In this document: positions 9,749-18,789 of the stretch, piece after piece
How positions within the stretch are numbered: position 1 is the first letter of the stretch
How the letters are laid out: each line of letters starts with the position of its first letter
Assembly (NCBI GenBank): GCA_017550745.1
Contig: JAFZOG010000137.1
Location: 27,291 to 91,290, forward strand
Source: Clostridia bacterium
GTDB taxonomy: Bacteria > Bacillota > Clostridia > Christensenellales > Aristaeellaceae
Length of the DNA: 64,000 nucleotides
Reading direction: 5' to 3'
Made by a program: the position numbers and the translations under genes
The notes under the pieces: model-generated
Databases searched by the model: none
Told to the model about the DNA's origin: nothing
The model's input: only the letters and a program-made list of their open reading frames with translations

Positions 9749-9929
9749 AAAGAAAGACGCCGTTGAGGTTGTGACGGCCCATCCCACCGATGATCATTCC
9801 CGCCTAACAGCTTGATCCAAGGAAGCAGGCTGGCGTAGCATGGAAAACGCGACACGGGGCGGCGCGGCCTTTTGTCGCCCCAGGCGCTTTTCAACATCCC
9901 TTTTAACTGCTTAACACGCTAAAAAAGGG

Positions 9930-11288
9930 TCATCGGCCTCTTATTTCATCCGGAGAGAAAACGAAAGTAGCGATGCTGTCTTTCGCCAGCATCACGGGCC
10001 ATACCCGATCATGCAGGCGAAGGAAAAGGGACAGGTCTTTACTGTCGGGATTCATCACAACAGCGCAGATCGAACCGTCTGGATTCTGCGCCGCCGTGAC
10101 TTCCAGGAATCCGCTGTAACGGCTCATGCCGATGCGCCGCGCACCGGGCTGGATGAAGCGGCTGAAATGCCCGATATAATCAAAGGACAGGTTGCGGACC
10201 ATTTTCCCTGTTTTCACATCATACATCACCGGGGCATCGCAGTAGTTGCCAACATGGTTGGGACCGCCCTGCTCATCCAACAACAGGTTCCAATCCAGGA
10301 ACACGTTCAGCCCATGGTTCAGGCTGCCGATCATCTCATGGGCATACATCCGGGCGTTGCGCAGCTGGTTGTCGCCTTTGTACAGGCTGTATTCCACACA
10401 GCCTTCCGAAAACACGAGCCGTTTGTCCGGGAAGCGGTCATGGATCATTTGCAGCGCCTCAAAATGATCCCCGCTGTACCAGTGCACCGCCACGCCGTCC
10501 ACCATCTTTTCCATTTCCGCGCCGCGTATGGTCTCGCAAGCCCGGTCGAATGCCCGTTCTTTGTTATGGTCCCAGATCAAAAGGCCGATGTGCTTGAGGC
10601 CGTTTTTTTGCAGCGCCGGATACAGATGATCGCGGATGAATTCTCCCTCCTCCGCTGCGGTGAACAGGCAGGAATCCCAGGTCTGGCTTGCCTTCGGCTC
10701 GTTCTGGGAGGAAAGGAAACGGGCGTGCATACCGGCCTTCTCTGCTTCCAGGAGGTAGCGGCAGATGTATTCCGCCCATACGGAATAGCATTCTTTTTTC
10801 AGCTGTCCGCCATGCTTCCGGGAACCGTTTGTTTTCATCCAGGCGGGCGGTGACCAGGGCGTAAACATCAGTTGTAATGGCCTGCCGGCTGTTTCCTGCG
10901 CTTTTAGGAGCAGGGGCAGCACATACCGCATGGGGCGCTCCATATCGAAATGGGCAAAGTCCGCATCGCCGGGCGTATCGTCGGCCGCGTACATTTCACA
11001 GGAAAAATCACAGCTGTCGATGGACGTGCGCCCAAAGGAATAGTTCAGGCCCTCGGAGGAGAAATATCCGTCCAGAAACTGCTTCTGGGTATCCTCAGGC
11101 ATTTGGGAAAACACCCAGCCCGCCGCGTCCGTAAACGCGCCGCCGAAGCCTTCAACGGTCTGATATGTAATCTGAGGATACAGGTTGACCAGATGGTTTT
11201 CCTGTCCGCTCCGCGCTGCATCTTCAAGGACTTCCCGAACAGCGCTTTGCTTCTTTCCATCCCGGAACAAGGTTGTAAACTGTTTCAT
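9930..11288 (-). CDS. glycoside hydrolase family 30 (glucosylceramidase-like)
   Basis: GH30 blocks VEGFGGAFTDAA, FTPWSPPAWMK and SSQNEP are present. AGGAGAAAGG RBS; the start lies 63 nt downstream of the EIIC-EAL gene on the same strand. Confidence 0.8.
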   Translation of the reverse strand: MKQFTTLFRDGKKQSAVREVLEDAARSGQENHLVNLYPQITYQTVEGFGGAFTDAAGWVFSQMPEDTQKQFLDGYFSSEGLNYSFGRTSIDSCDFSCEMYAADDTPGDADFAHFDMERPMRYVLPLLLKAQETAGRPLQLMFTPWSPPAWMKTNGSRKHGGQLKKECYSVWAEYICRYLLEAEKAGMHARFLSSQNEPKASQTWDSCLFTAAEEGEFIRDHLYPALQKNGLKHIGLLIWDHNKERAFDRACETIRGAEMEKMVDGVAVHWYSGDHFEALQMIHDRFPDKRLVFSEGCVEYSLYKGDNQLRNARMYAHEMIGSLNHGLNVFLDWNLLLDEQGGPNHVGNYCDAPVMYDVKTGKMVRNLSFDYIGHFSRFIQPGARRIGMSRYSGFLEVTAAQNPDGSICAVVMNPDSKDLSLFLRLHDRVWPVMLAKDSIATFVFSPDEIRGR

Positions 11289-11351
11289 GCCTTTTGATCC
11301 TTTCTCCTGTTGTTTGTATGTGTCAACAATGTTCTGTCCTTCCGATAGCTT

Positions 11352-13481
11352 TTATGCTGATTTCATCCTTCCCATGGAGAGAAGGGAATCTCTGTCCACG
11401 GCGGGGCTGAAAAGATATCCCTGGTACAGGCGACATCCGATCTGCTCAAGCGCTTCCTTTTGCTCTGTGGTTTCAACAAATTCAGCGAGCACCTTAAAAT
11501 CCAGAGACTTTGACAGGTACACGATGGAATTGATGATTTCCTTTGTGCGGTCGTTGGTCAGAATGGACTTGACCAGGTTCCCGTCCAGCTTTACCAGATC
11601 AAACTGATTGTGCTGCAGGTACTGGAGAGAGGTATGGCCCATGCTGAAATCGTCCAGCGCGAAGGTGTAGCCGAAAGACCTGATATGTTTGATCAGTTCT
11701 CCGGTTTCTTCCGATGTCACCAGCGCCGTTTCCTCTGTGATTTCGATACAGATGTTGCCAGGCTTCAGCTGATACTTTTCAGCCAGCGCTTTCAGGAAAG
11801 AAACGATCCTCTTGTCGTAAAGCGTTGACACGGTGATATTGACGCTCAGCTTAAATTTTTCGCCGAAGCATTGCCGGAAGCTCTCTGAATCACGAACTGA
11901 TTTTTCGATGATGTACGTTTCAAGGTCGTACAGATTGCCGCTTTCCTTGGCGAGATGAACGACCAGCGGCGGATAGATGATCCCATACCGCTTATGGTTC
12001 CAGCGCAAAAGGGATTCCGCGCCGATGCAGTGCCCCGTATTGTCAAACTGCGGCTGATACTTGACCAGCAGGGGGCTTTCGGTATTGTCGGAGGACGCAT
12101 CCGGCGAAGCGGAGGCCAGAGAAGCCTCCAAATCCGTTGCCAGCAGCTTGGCAAGCCGCCCGGCATTCCCTTCACATTCCGTCAGGACGACTTCCTCCGT
12201 TGTTTCTTCGCTTTTTTTGAGGATCCCTACCAGCTCATTCATCGCGGCGGAGAATTCATTGAGGGATTTCTTTTCATACAGGATCACAAACGGCGCGTAG
12301 CAGGCCATAGAAATCACAATGTTCAGCACCTGGACGGCGATGCCCATCACAGAACCGGTGGAAACATAGCCGCTCAGCAGCGCCGGTGTGGTCCAGGCGA
12401 CAGATTGCGTGACCTGCGGCAGGAAACCGATCTTCGTGAGCAAATAAGCGTTGGAATAGCATAATACAGGGGAAAGGATAAACGGAACGAGCATCAAAGG
12501 ATTGTATATGACCGGAAAGCCGAAAACCAGCAGCTCTCCGATATTAAAGACATTGGGGAGAAACGCAAGCCGGGACAGTTTTTTTGTGGAACTGCGTTTT
12601 CCAAAGATGATCATGGCAAGCAGCAGCCCGATGGTACAGCCCGTTCCGCCCATATTGACGAAGGTGTCGATAAAGCTCTTTGAAACGATCTCGCCGGGAA
12701 TGATCGCCGCGAACATATCCTCCGCCACCTGGTTCAGCACATTATTGCCGTGGATGCCGAAGCACCACATGGCGCTGATCAGAACAATGAACAGCAGCCC
12801 GCTGAAAAAGGAACGGTTCATGCGAAGGAAAATCCCATCCACCGCCTTCATGAACAGATGCTGTACGCTCTGCGCCTGAAAGCAAATGGTAATGAGGTAG
12901 TTTGCTACAGTAAAGCAAAGGATGACGGCGAGGAATGGCGGCACGACGTGGAGGGCGGCATTGAAAACGGAATCCGCGCCATCCACAAAGACCATTTTTT
13001 TCGTTTTGAACAGCCCCTCAAACCGCTGGAAAAGGATGGAGCCGATGATGCCCGCCAGCAGCGCGCTGAAAACGCCCTGCCCGCTGAGCAGAGAAAAATC
13101 CGGTTCGCCGGAGAAAAAGCCAACCAGAATAAAGAAGCCCGTAAGACACCCGAGAAGACTTCCAAACCGGTATACGAGCCGCGTTCCCTCTTCCGTTCGG
13201 TTCATATAGCACAGATTGAGGGCGATCGTCAAATAAACAGCGAGGATGCCCACCGTCGTAAATTGTACCGTCTGTATGATTTTTCGGAAGGTGCCGCCCA
13301 GAAAAGCGTCCAGAAAGTCCTGGTAGCCCTGAATCGGAAATCCGTTCAGCAGGACCGTGATGCTGCCGATGAACAGGATGGGTATCACCATCGCCAGACT
13401 GGTTTTTATCGTCTGCGCCAGGGTGGATAGTTTTGTTCGCATATGCAGTTTCATTGTTCCCAATCTGCCTCCCTCATGCAT
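11352..13481 (-). CDS. PTS EIIC-type permease domain fused to an EAL cyclic-di-GMP phosphodiesterase domain
   Basis: The N-terminal ~400 aa are polytopic and EIIC-like (…NMGGTGCTIGLLLAMIIFGKR…). The C-terminal ~250 aa form an EAL domain with ESLLRW, CIEITEE, LDDFSMG, VKLDG, AEFVET and YQGYLF. The start codon is uncertain (alternative ATGs at M10 and M14). Confidence 0.8.
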   Translation of the reverse strand: MHEGGRLGTMKLHMRTKLSTLAQTIKTSLAMVIPILFIGSITVLLNGFPIQGYQDFLDAFLGGTFRKIIQTVQFTTVGILAVYLTIALNLCYMNRTEEGTRLVYRFGSLLGCLTGFFILVGFFSGEPDFSLLSGQGVFSALLAGIIGSILFQRFEGLFKTKKMVFVDGADSVFNAALHVVPPFLAVILCFTVANYLITICFQAQSVQHLFMKAVDGIFLRMNRSFFSGLLFIVLISAMWCFGIHGNNVLNQVAEDMFAAIIPGEIVSKSFIDTFVNMGGTGCTIGLLLAMIIFGKRSSTKKLSRLAFLPNVFNIGELLVFGFPVIYNPLMLVPFILSPVLCYSNAYLLTKIGFLPQVTQSVAWTTPALLSGYVSTGSVMGIAVQVLNIVISMACYAPFVILYEKKSLNEFSAAMNELVGILKKSEETTEEVVLTECEGNAGRLAKLLATDLEASLASASPDASSDNTESPLLVKYQPQFDNTGHCIGAESLLRWNHKRYGIIYPPLVVHLAKESGNLYDLETYIIEKSVRDSESFRQCFGEKFKLSVNITVSTLYDKRIVSFLKALAEKYQLKPGNICIEITEETALVTSEETGELIKHIRSFGYTFALDDFSMGHTSLQYLQHNQFDLVKLDGNLVKSILTNDRTKEIINSIVYLSKSLDFKVLAEFVETTEQKEALEQIGCRLYQGYLFSPAVDRDSLLSMGRMKSA

Positions 13482-13747
13482 GGCTTCGTCATATATTTTT
13501 TCGGATTAAGACCAATGTGGCTATCAGCGGTCCTGCATAAAAGCTATTTCTGAACACCGCCTTCTGTTTCAGAAACTTTTCCAACGGTATTATACCAGAT
13601 TTGCCCTGCCATATCAACGGGCATTGCGAAGTCATGAGGGAAAATGGCGGTTCAAAGAAAAAAAGGCTCTTCACGAATTGATACGGTGTGCGCTTGCAAT
13701 TAAAGACAAATGAGAAAGGCATGACTGCGATATGACAAAACTCGAAA

Positions 13748-13801
13748 AAGGCCAAGGCTGCAAAACCTTTATTCCCGGTTCGATTCCGGGCAGCACCTCC
13801 A
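13748..13801 (+). pseudogene. tRNA-Cys 3' fragment (D-stem 3' strand to CCA), no 5' half
   Basis: AAGGCCAAGG-CTGCAAA(anticodon GCA)-ACCTT-TATT-CCCGG-TTCGATT-CCGGG-CAGCACC-T-CCA. The discriminator is U as in tRNA-Cys. No GGTGCTG acceptor strand lies upstream, and one base of the anticodon stem is missing. Confidence 0.6.
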
Positions 13802-13830
13802 CATCAACCAAGAAAACCCCTGTCTGATTC

Positions 13831-14379
13831 TCAATAGTCACGGCCCTCCGAGGCCAGGATATCCTCTTCCGTTACCGCGTATACATAGGTATCCTTCCAG
13901 ACGGGCTTTCCATCCGTATCCTTCCGAAAGTAGATATTCCGCCGGAAATGGGCCTCCCGCCGGAAACCGACGCTCTCCAGTAGCCGCCACGACGCCTGGT
14001 TCCGCGGGTCGCATTCCGCATAGACCCGGTGTGCACCAAGTCGGAACGCATGGTACACGACGGCTTTCAGGGCTTCACGGGCATAGCCCTTCCGCTGGCA
14101 GCGCTTGTTGATGATATAGCCCACCTCCTTGGCGTTATAATCCCGGCTTCCGCAATAGATATTGCCGATCACCTTGGAGCGATCTTTCAATTCCACCGCA
14201 TAAAACTCATCCGAGCCAAGGCGGACTGTCAGCTGTTCCAGGCCGTTTTCCCTGGTGATGTCAGGATATCCCTCGAATTCGTCGTCCCTGAGCTGGGACA
14301 GGAATTTATAGAGATCGACGTAATCCGATTCGCGGAATGGCCGCAGAACAAGCCGTTCAGTCATTATTTCTTTCGTCAT
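13831..14379 (-). CDS. GNAT family N-acetyltransferase (RimJ/RimL-like)
   Basis: ATG 14379 (MTKEIMTERLVLRPF…) lies 1 nt after the upstream stop; the track start 14412 would overlap. The acetyl-CoA loop QRKGYAREA is present. Confidence 0.75.
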   Translation of the reverse strand: MTKEIMTERLVLRPFRESDYVDLYKFLSQLRDDEFEGYPDITRENGLEQLTVRLGSDEFYAVELKDRSKVIGNIYCGSRDYNAKEVGYIINKRCQRKGYAREALKAVVYHAFRLGAHRVYAECDPRNQASWRLLESVGFRREAHFRRNIYFRKDTDGKPVWKDTYVYAVTEEDILASEGRDY

Positions 14380-14380
14380 C

Positions 14381-14713
14381 TCATATCCCCAGATTCCGCC
14401 GGGCCTCTTCATTGTTGCCGAGGATCATACCGGCCTTTTCGCAGGACCGAACCTTTGCGCAGTCACCGCAGGTTCCCATCTTCTTTCCAAGCGCGCACTG
14501 GCGGACCGGGCACAATGTATCGCAGTACGGCGTTTTGACGCCGTCGATGCGGCACCCTTCGCAGTTGATCATCTCCGGGGTGATTTCCACCCCGTTCAGC
14601 TCCGACCAGAGCTTTGCGACCTTCCCGCGCAGCGCGTCGTCGTTATGGATTGTGGCAAGGCGGGCTTCGCAGGCCTCGCAGTTCAGGCCGCAATAGGCGA
14701 TATATCCGTTCAT
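14381..14713 (-). CDS. DUF3795-like Cys-rich protein
   Basis: The track ORF's Arg/His-rich N-extension overlaps the flavoprotein gene and is not protein-like. The internal ATG 14713 gives MNGYIAYCGLNCEACEA…CEGC…CPVRQC…CGDC, the DUF3795 pattern. Confidence 0.65.
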   Translation of the reverse strand: MNGYIAYCGLNCEACEARLATIHNDDALRGKVAKLWSELNGVEITPEMINCEGCRIDGVKTPYCDTLCPVRQCALGKKMGTCGDCAKVRSCEKAGMILGNNEEARRNLGI

Positions 14714-14715
14714 GA

Positions 14716-15399
14716 TCACATTCCTCCGTTCACGATGGCTGCGTACTGTTCCTCCGGGATCATGGGGGAGCCGATCTCGGCAAGCAGCGCAGCGTCGATG
14801 ATTCCGGTTTCTGCATACTGTTTCCCGGCCTGCCGCACCAGCGCCAGCCGTGGCACGGTGACGGCTTCTGCCTCCGGCGCGTTGAACATGGGGCTCTCCG
14901 GAATCGTGATGATCGTATGATTGCAGGGGAAACACTGCTTGAACTGCTGAACGGCGGGCTCAAAGTTGTGCCGGCTGTTGGGAAAGCCGCAGCCGCAGAT
15001 CATCATGTACCGAAGGCGGGAAAAGTCCGCCTGGCCCACGTGTTCATACCGGTCGCCGACCTTTTGCATCGCCATGGAGGACAGCGGCATGGTGCGGTCC
15101 AGCAGCGCTTTCAACGGCGCGGGCATGCCGTAGCAGTACAGCGGGAAACTGAACAGCAGCAGGTCGCTTTCCAGAATCTCATCCAGGATCATCTTCATAT
15201 CGTCATCGTAAATGCAGGTTCCGCCGTTGCGTTTGCAGGCAAAGCAGCCGGCGCAGTATTCGATGCGGCGGTCAATGACGTCGATGACATGGATTTCGTG
15301 GGGCGCGGCCTCCCGCATCCCTTCCAGGAACGCCCGGGTGATGTGCATGGTGTCGCTTTTGTCCCGCTTGGGACTTCCGTTCAAAACAAGGATTTTCAT
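14716..15399 (-). CDS. flavodoxin-like fold NAD(P)H-dependent FMN reductase / iron-sulfur flavoprotein family
   Basis: MKILVLNGSPKRDKS… is the nucleotide-binding start, and the Cys cluster CAGCFACK is typical for this family. Confidence 0.7.
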   Translation of the reverse strand: MKILVLNGSPKRDKSDTMHITRAFLEGMREAAPHEIHVIDVIDRRIEYCAGCFACKRNGGTCIYDDDMKMILDEILESDLLLFSFPLYCYGMPAPLKALLDRTMPLSSMAMQKVGDRYEHVGQADFSRLRYMMICGCGFPNSRHNFEPAVQQFKQCFPCNHTIITIPESPMFNAPEAEAVTVPRLALVRQAGKQYAETGIIDAALLAEIGSPMIPEEQYAAIVNGGM

Positions 15400-15403
15400 G
15401 GTG

Positions 15404-15820
15404 TCACTCTCCTTTGTATGATTCGCTTTTCGTTTTCAGAAAATCGATCCGCCCCTTCGCTTCCCGCGCGGAGACGGTGACCGTGTATGATCCCGCTTGG
15501 GGGATCTCCACATAGAAATCCGCCTTGTCCCCGGCAGGGCGGTCATTTGCCCGATATACCGCTTCTTCACCCTCCATGCCGATGACGATATCCACATGGC
15601 CGCTTTCGATCTGCCAGGAGACATGCAGCGCATCGCCCTCCGCAAGCGCCATTGTTTCAGAATCGGTCCTATTCATTCGCTCAAAGCGCAGGGTAAAGCG
15701 GCCCGGATTGCTGATCCTCTCCCCGTCAAACAGCGCTTCATGCCGCGGAAGGAAGAACAGGACGCAAGCGGCCAGGATCACCAGGATCACTGCCACGATC
15801 AGGATCGTTTTCTTTTTCAT
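15404..15820 (-). CDS. hypothetical membrane-anchored protein
   Basis: N-terminal TM helix (KTILIVAVILVILAACVLFFL) followed by a ~110-aa soluble domain. GAAGGAAC RBS. I did not recognise a family. Confidence 0.5.
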   Translation of the reverse strand: MKKKTILIVAVILVILAACVLFFLPRHEALFDGERISNPGRFTLRFERMNRTDSETMALAEGDALHVSWQIESGHVDIVIGMEGEEAVYRANDRPAGDKADFYVEIPQAGSYTVTVSAREAKGRIDFLKTKSESYKGE

Positions 15821-16015
15821 CTCTTTGTTCCTTCTTTCAATGCTGCCTTTCCGTCATCAAACCGCTTTGCTCGTAGAGCCCGTATAAGCCCGCAATCAGC
15901 TGCGCGGCGATTAAGAACTCAAGCATGTTATCCATCTTGTTTTATCTCGTTTTACGATGCACTTTTGTTTACAAGGCGATCCGGCATCTTTAAATGATCC
16001 CGCTTTCTCCAAATA

Positions 16016-16573
16016 TCATACGATCGTCCAATACCCATCATACGCATATCCATTTTTGCCAATCAGCAGCTGTTCCGATTTACTAAACCCCGCCTTCCGG
16101 ATGGCGTTGATCCTTTCCACCGCGTAGATCGGCGCCTTTGTCAGCACGCCCTTACATCCCAGCATTCCCTTAAGCTCCGGCGTGATAAGCGAGAAGAGCT
16201 CATACAAGACTTCTTCTCTTTCATAATCACTCCTCACATCCACCCTCAGGACGCCCATATGATTGAAATCATCTTCCGATACCCTCAGGCATACTTCCAC
16301 CGTGCCGATGACGCCGGAAACCGCCTTGTCGACGATGGAAAGCCTCGCAAACCATCCGTTATCATAGGACGTTTTCCAGAAATCCATCGCCTCCGCCAAT
16401 CTTTCCCTTGTCGCATAGTAGAAATTGTCCCCGTCGCAATTATCGCTGTTGAAGAACGGCAGCGCGTTTTTATCGCTGTACACCTTCAGCAAGTCGTCGA
16501 GATCCTCATCCCGGAACAATCTGAGCATAAACCGCTCGCTCTCCAACGTCGGACACGCGCTGTAAATATCCAT
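16016..16573 (-). CDS. GNAT family N-acetyltransferase
   Basis: ERFMLRLFRDEDLDDLLKVYSD… start and overall length/pattern match the Acetyltransf_3-type GNATs. Confidence 0.6.
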   Translation of the reverse strand: MDIYSACPTLESERFMLRLFRDEDLDDLLKVYSDKNALPFFNSDNCDGDNFYYATRERLAEAMDFWKTSYDNGWFARLSIVDKAVSGVIGTVEVCLRVSEDDFNHMGVLRVDVRSDYEREEVLYELFSLITPELKGMLGCKGVLTKAPIYAVERINAIRKAGFSKSEQLLIGKNGYAYDGYWTIV

Positions 16574-16695
16574 GATACACCTCCGAATTTTCTTGCAATC
16601 ATTATTGTTGGGCTTGTATCCGTCAGCTTCAGTACCCCGTACATCAGCACCGGCCCCATTCCGTCCACCGCGCCGGCAATATCATGCCGGGAGTC

Positions 16696-17316
16696 TTATT
16701 TTTGCACCATTTCATCGCGTTTTTCTCCAATTCCGTAGTTCCTGATAAAATGCCGGCTGAACGCTTCGACCTGTTTCATCGCCTCCCGGGTTTTATCCGG
16801 CTCCCGGTCGCACAGGTGGATCAGCGCGGAGATGGGCGCGGTATAGGCAAAGGCCAGCATCTTTGGATCGTCCCGGCGAAGCAGACCCTTGTCCATCATG
16901 CCAAAAAAGATATGCGTGAACATCTCTGTCAGGCCGGTCAGGAAGTGCTTCGTCGCGAGCATCCGCGCGCGTTCATCCCGGTACTGCTCGATGGAAAGCA
17001 ATTTGCGCGTCATAACTACCTTTTCATCACGCACTGTAAATTCTACCAGCCGCATCGTCATTTCTACCAGCCCATCCAGGGAATCAGGCACAGGCGGAAG
17101 ATGTTCCGGTGAGCCAAAGCGCTCCCCGTAATACCGGATCATCCTGTCCAGCAGGGCGTTCCAGATTGCTTCCTTGCTTTCAAAATGCTTGTACACCCCG
17201 GACTTGACAAGTCCCAGAGAGGCAGCCAGTTCCCGGATGTTGGTCCCTTCGTATCCCTTTTGCGAAAACATCTCCAGCGCCGCCATCAAGATCCTTTCTT
17301 TCGTATCCTTCGCCAT
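16696..17316 (-). CDS. TetR/AcrR family transcriptional regulator
   Basis: ATG 17316 is preceded by GGAGG. The HTH is ERILMAALEMFSQKGYEGTNIRELAASLGLVKSGVYKHFESKEAI. Confidence 0.85.
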   Translation of the reverse strand: MAKDTKERILMAALEMFSQKGYEGTNIRELAASLGLVKSGVYKHFESKEAIWNALLDRMIRYYGERFGSPEHLPPVPDSLDGLVEMTMRLVEFTVRDEKVVMTRKLLSIEQYRDERARMLATKHFLTGLTEMFTHIFFGMMDKGLLRRDDPKMLAFAYTAPISALIHLCDREPDKTREAMKQVEAFSRHFIRNYGIGEKRDEMVQK

Positions 17317-17338
17317 GAGAACCTCCAGCAACCAGTTG

Positions 17339-17380
17339 AGTGACCTTACGATCACTAATTATAGTGAACGTAAGGTCACT
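17339..17380. promoter_or_regulatory. 42-bp palindromic operator (AGTGACCTTACG-N18-CGTAAGGTCACT)
   Basis: The 12-bp arms are perfect and the centre is also nearly palindromic (TCACTAAT/TATAGTGA). It overlaps the tetR promoter elements. Confidence 0.75.
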
Positions 17381-17386
17381 TGTCAA
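17358..17386 (-). promoter_or_regulatory. consensus sigma-70 promoter of tetR (TTGACA-N17-TATAAT)
   Basis: The reverse complement reads CCCATTGACAAGTGACCTTACGTTCACTATAATTAG. A divergent TTGAGT-N18-TATAGT (17336-17365, + strand) shares the -10 region. Confidence 0.7.
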
Positions 17387-17918
17387 TGGGTTTATTGTAT
17401 TTTATTACATCTGTGCAGTGATCTCAGTCCCGCCAGGCAGCGTGAAGACCGTGAAGGGCAAGATGCTGGCGGCGGAGATCACCGGACTGCCAACAAAGGT
17501 CTGCTGACCTGCCTGAAGCATTTTGCGCAGAACGGCCAGGAAACCAGCCGCAAGAACTGCGGCTGGATCCGCGTCTGGGCCAACGAACAGGCTATCCGGG
17601 AAATCCACCTGAAAGCGTTTGAGAATCCCACGGAGGAAGTTAAAACCATGAAATACATTGTTGCCGGGCTGCGAAGATATATCCTTTTCTTCAGCCTTTC
17701 TCGGAAGGGGGATGGGGGAAACTGCTCTTTGGGCATCAAAGAGCGGTTCCCCCAGGAATACTTGAATCGTAACTTCCGTGGAATGTTTTTGGATTTTTTT
17801 TGCATTTACCTCTTGATATCTGCCGATAAAAGAATATAATAATGGTGTTTGTATAAACTAACTCAGTGAGCTTTATAAGCACCATGCCCCAAAAACGATC
17901 GACAAAGGAGTATCTGTT

Positions 17919-18098
17919 ATGAAAGGCTTGTTATCAACAAAGGATACATCCAGGATATGGGGTGTACCGATCCGCTGGGCCAATCAGGATATTCTGGAAG
18001 GTTGTAATCCCGGCTGTGAACGGTTTGGCCGAGCATGGGCAATTCCGGCTGATGCAAAGAAACCGGATAAGCAGCCGAACAGCCCGAAAAGATCCTGA
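17919..18098 (+). CDS. small helix-turn-helix DNA-binding protein (excisionase-like), 59 aa
   Basis: Too short for the ORF track. AAAGGAG lies 8 nt upstream. The product ends …CERFGRAWAIPADAKKPDKQ, resembling the short GR.WxIPxDAxKPxD HTH proteins common on Firmicutes mobile elements; the N-terminal part looks degenerate. Confidence 0.45.
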   Translation: MKGLLSTKDTSRIWGVPIRWANQDILEGCNPGCERFGRAWAIPADAKKPDKQPNSPKRS

Positions 18099-18177
18099 CA
18101 TCAGGCAGTCAGAAATTTTTTTAAGCGTAAGTTAGCTTATCCTAACAAATAAAAACGCCACGGAAGGCTGAAAGCGC

Positions 18178-18789
18178 ATGACGAAAAAGATTTGGGACTT
18201 ATACGCGCCGATTTACAAGCAGGCCATGAAAGCGGATCAGCATATCTACGATTTCATGTATCAACGCATCCCGGAAAAAATACGGGGCAAGGAAGTACTG
18301 GAAATTGCCACAGGCCCCGGATTGCTGGCAAAGCATGTGGCTCCGGCGGCGAAAAAGATGATTGCCACTGACTATTCCGACGGCATGATCGCCCAGGCGA
18401 AGAAGGGCGCCCCAATTCCTAACCTTACCTTTGAGGTAGCGGACGCCATGAACCTGCCCTACGCCGACGCATCTTTCGACGCGGTAATCATCTCCAACGC
18501 CCTGCACATCGTTCCCGATCCGGGAAAAGCGCTGCATGAAATCAAGCGCGTGCTGCGGCCCGGCGGACTGCTCATCGCCCCCAACTTTGTGGAGCATAAG
18601 GGGACGCTGGGAAGCCGCATCTGGTCGGGCATCCTGCGCATCGCGGGCATCCGCTTTGAGCATCAATGGACGGCACAGCAATACCTGAATTTCCTGGGGA
18701 ACTATGGCTGGCGCGTGACCTTCAGCAAGGAAATGATGGCGCGCATCGCTATGATGTATACAGAGTGCGAAATGAATGACGAGGAATGA
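18178..18789 (+). CDS. class I SAM-dependent methyltransferase
   Basis: Motif I VLEIATGPG, then DYSDGM and LRPGGLLI blocks. Confidence 0.75.
   Translation: MTKKIWDLYAPIYKQAMKADQHIYDFMYQRIPEKIRGKEVLEIATGPGLLAKHVAPAAKKMIATDYSDGMIAQAKKGAPIPNLTFEVADAMNLPYADASFDAVIISNALHIVPDPGKALHEIKRVLRPGGLLIAPNFVEHKGTLGSRIWSGILRIAGIRFEHQWTAQQYLNFLGNYGWRVTFSKEMMARIAMMYTECEMNDEE

Noticed and set aside
13489-13755. 88-aa minus-strand ORF between the GNAT and EIIC::EAL genes
   Set aside because: It lies in AT-rich intergenic DNA, has no RBS, gives a Phe/Lys-rich product and abuts the tRNA-Cys fragment.
13748-13801. Possibility that the tRNA-like 3' end belongs to tmRNA
   Set aside because: The acceptor and discriminator read CAGCACC-U-CCA, and the segment includes a Cys anticodon loop. 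tmRNA would have an Ala-type G-U acceptor, an ACCA end and no anticodon arm.
17174-17839. 221-aa plus-strand ORF and overlapping 67-108-aa minus-strand ORFs
   Set aside because: The first third is antisense to tetR. The rest has no RBS or recognisable family, and both strands are open over the same stretch. I treat it as a possible gene remnant only (see the decay-zone finding).
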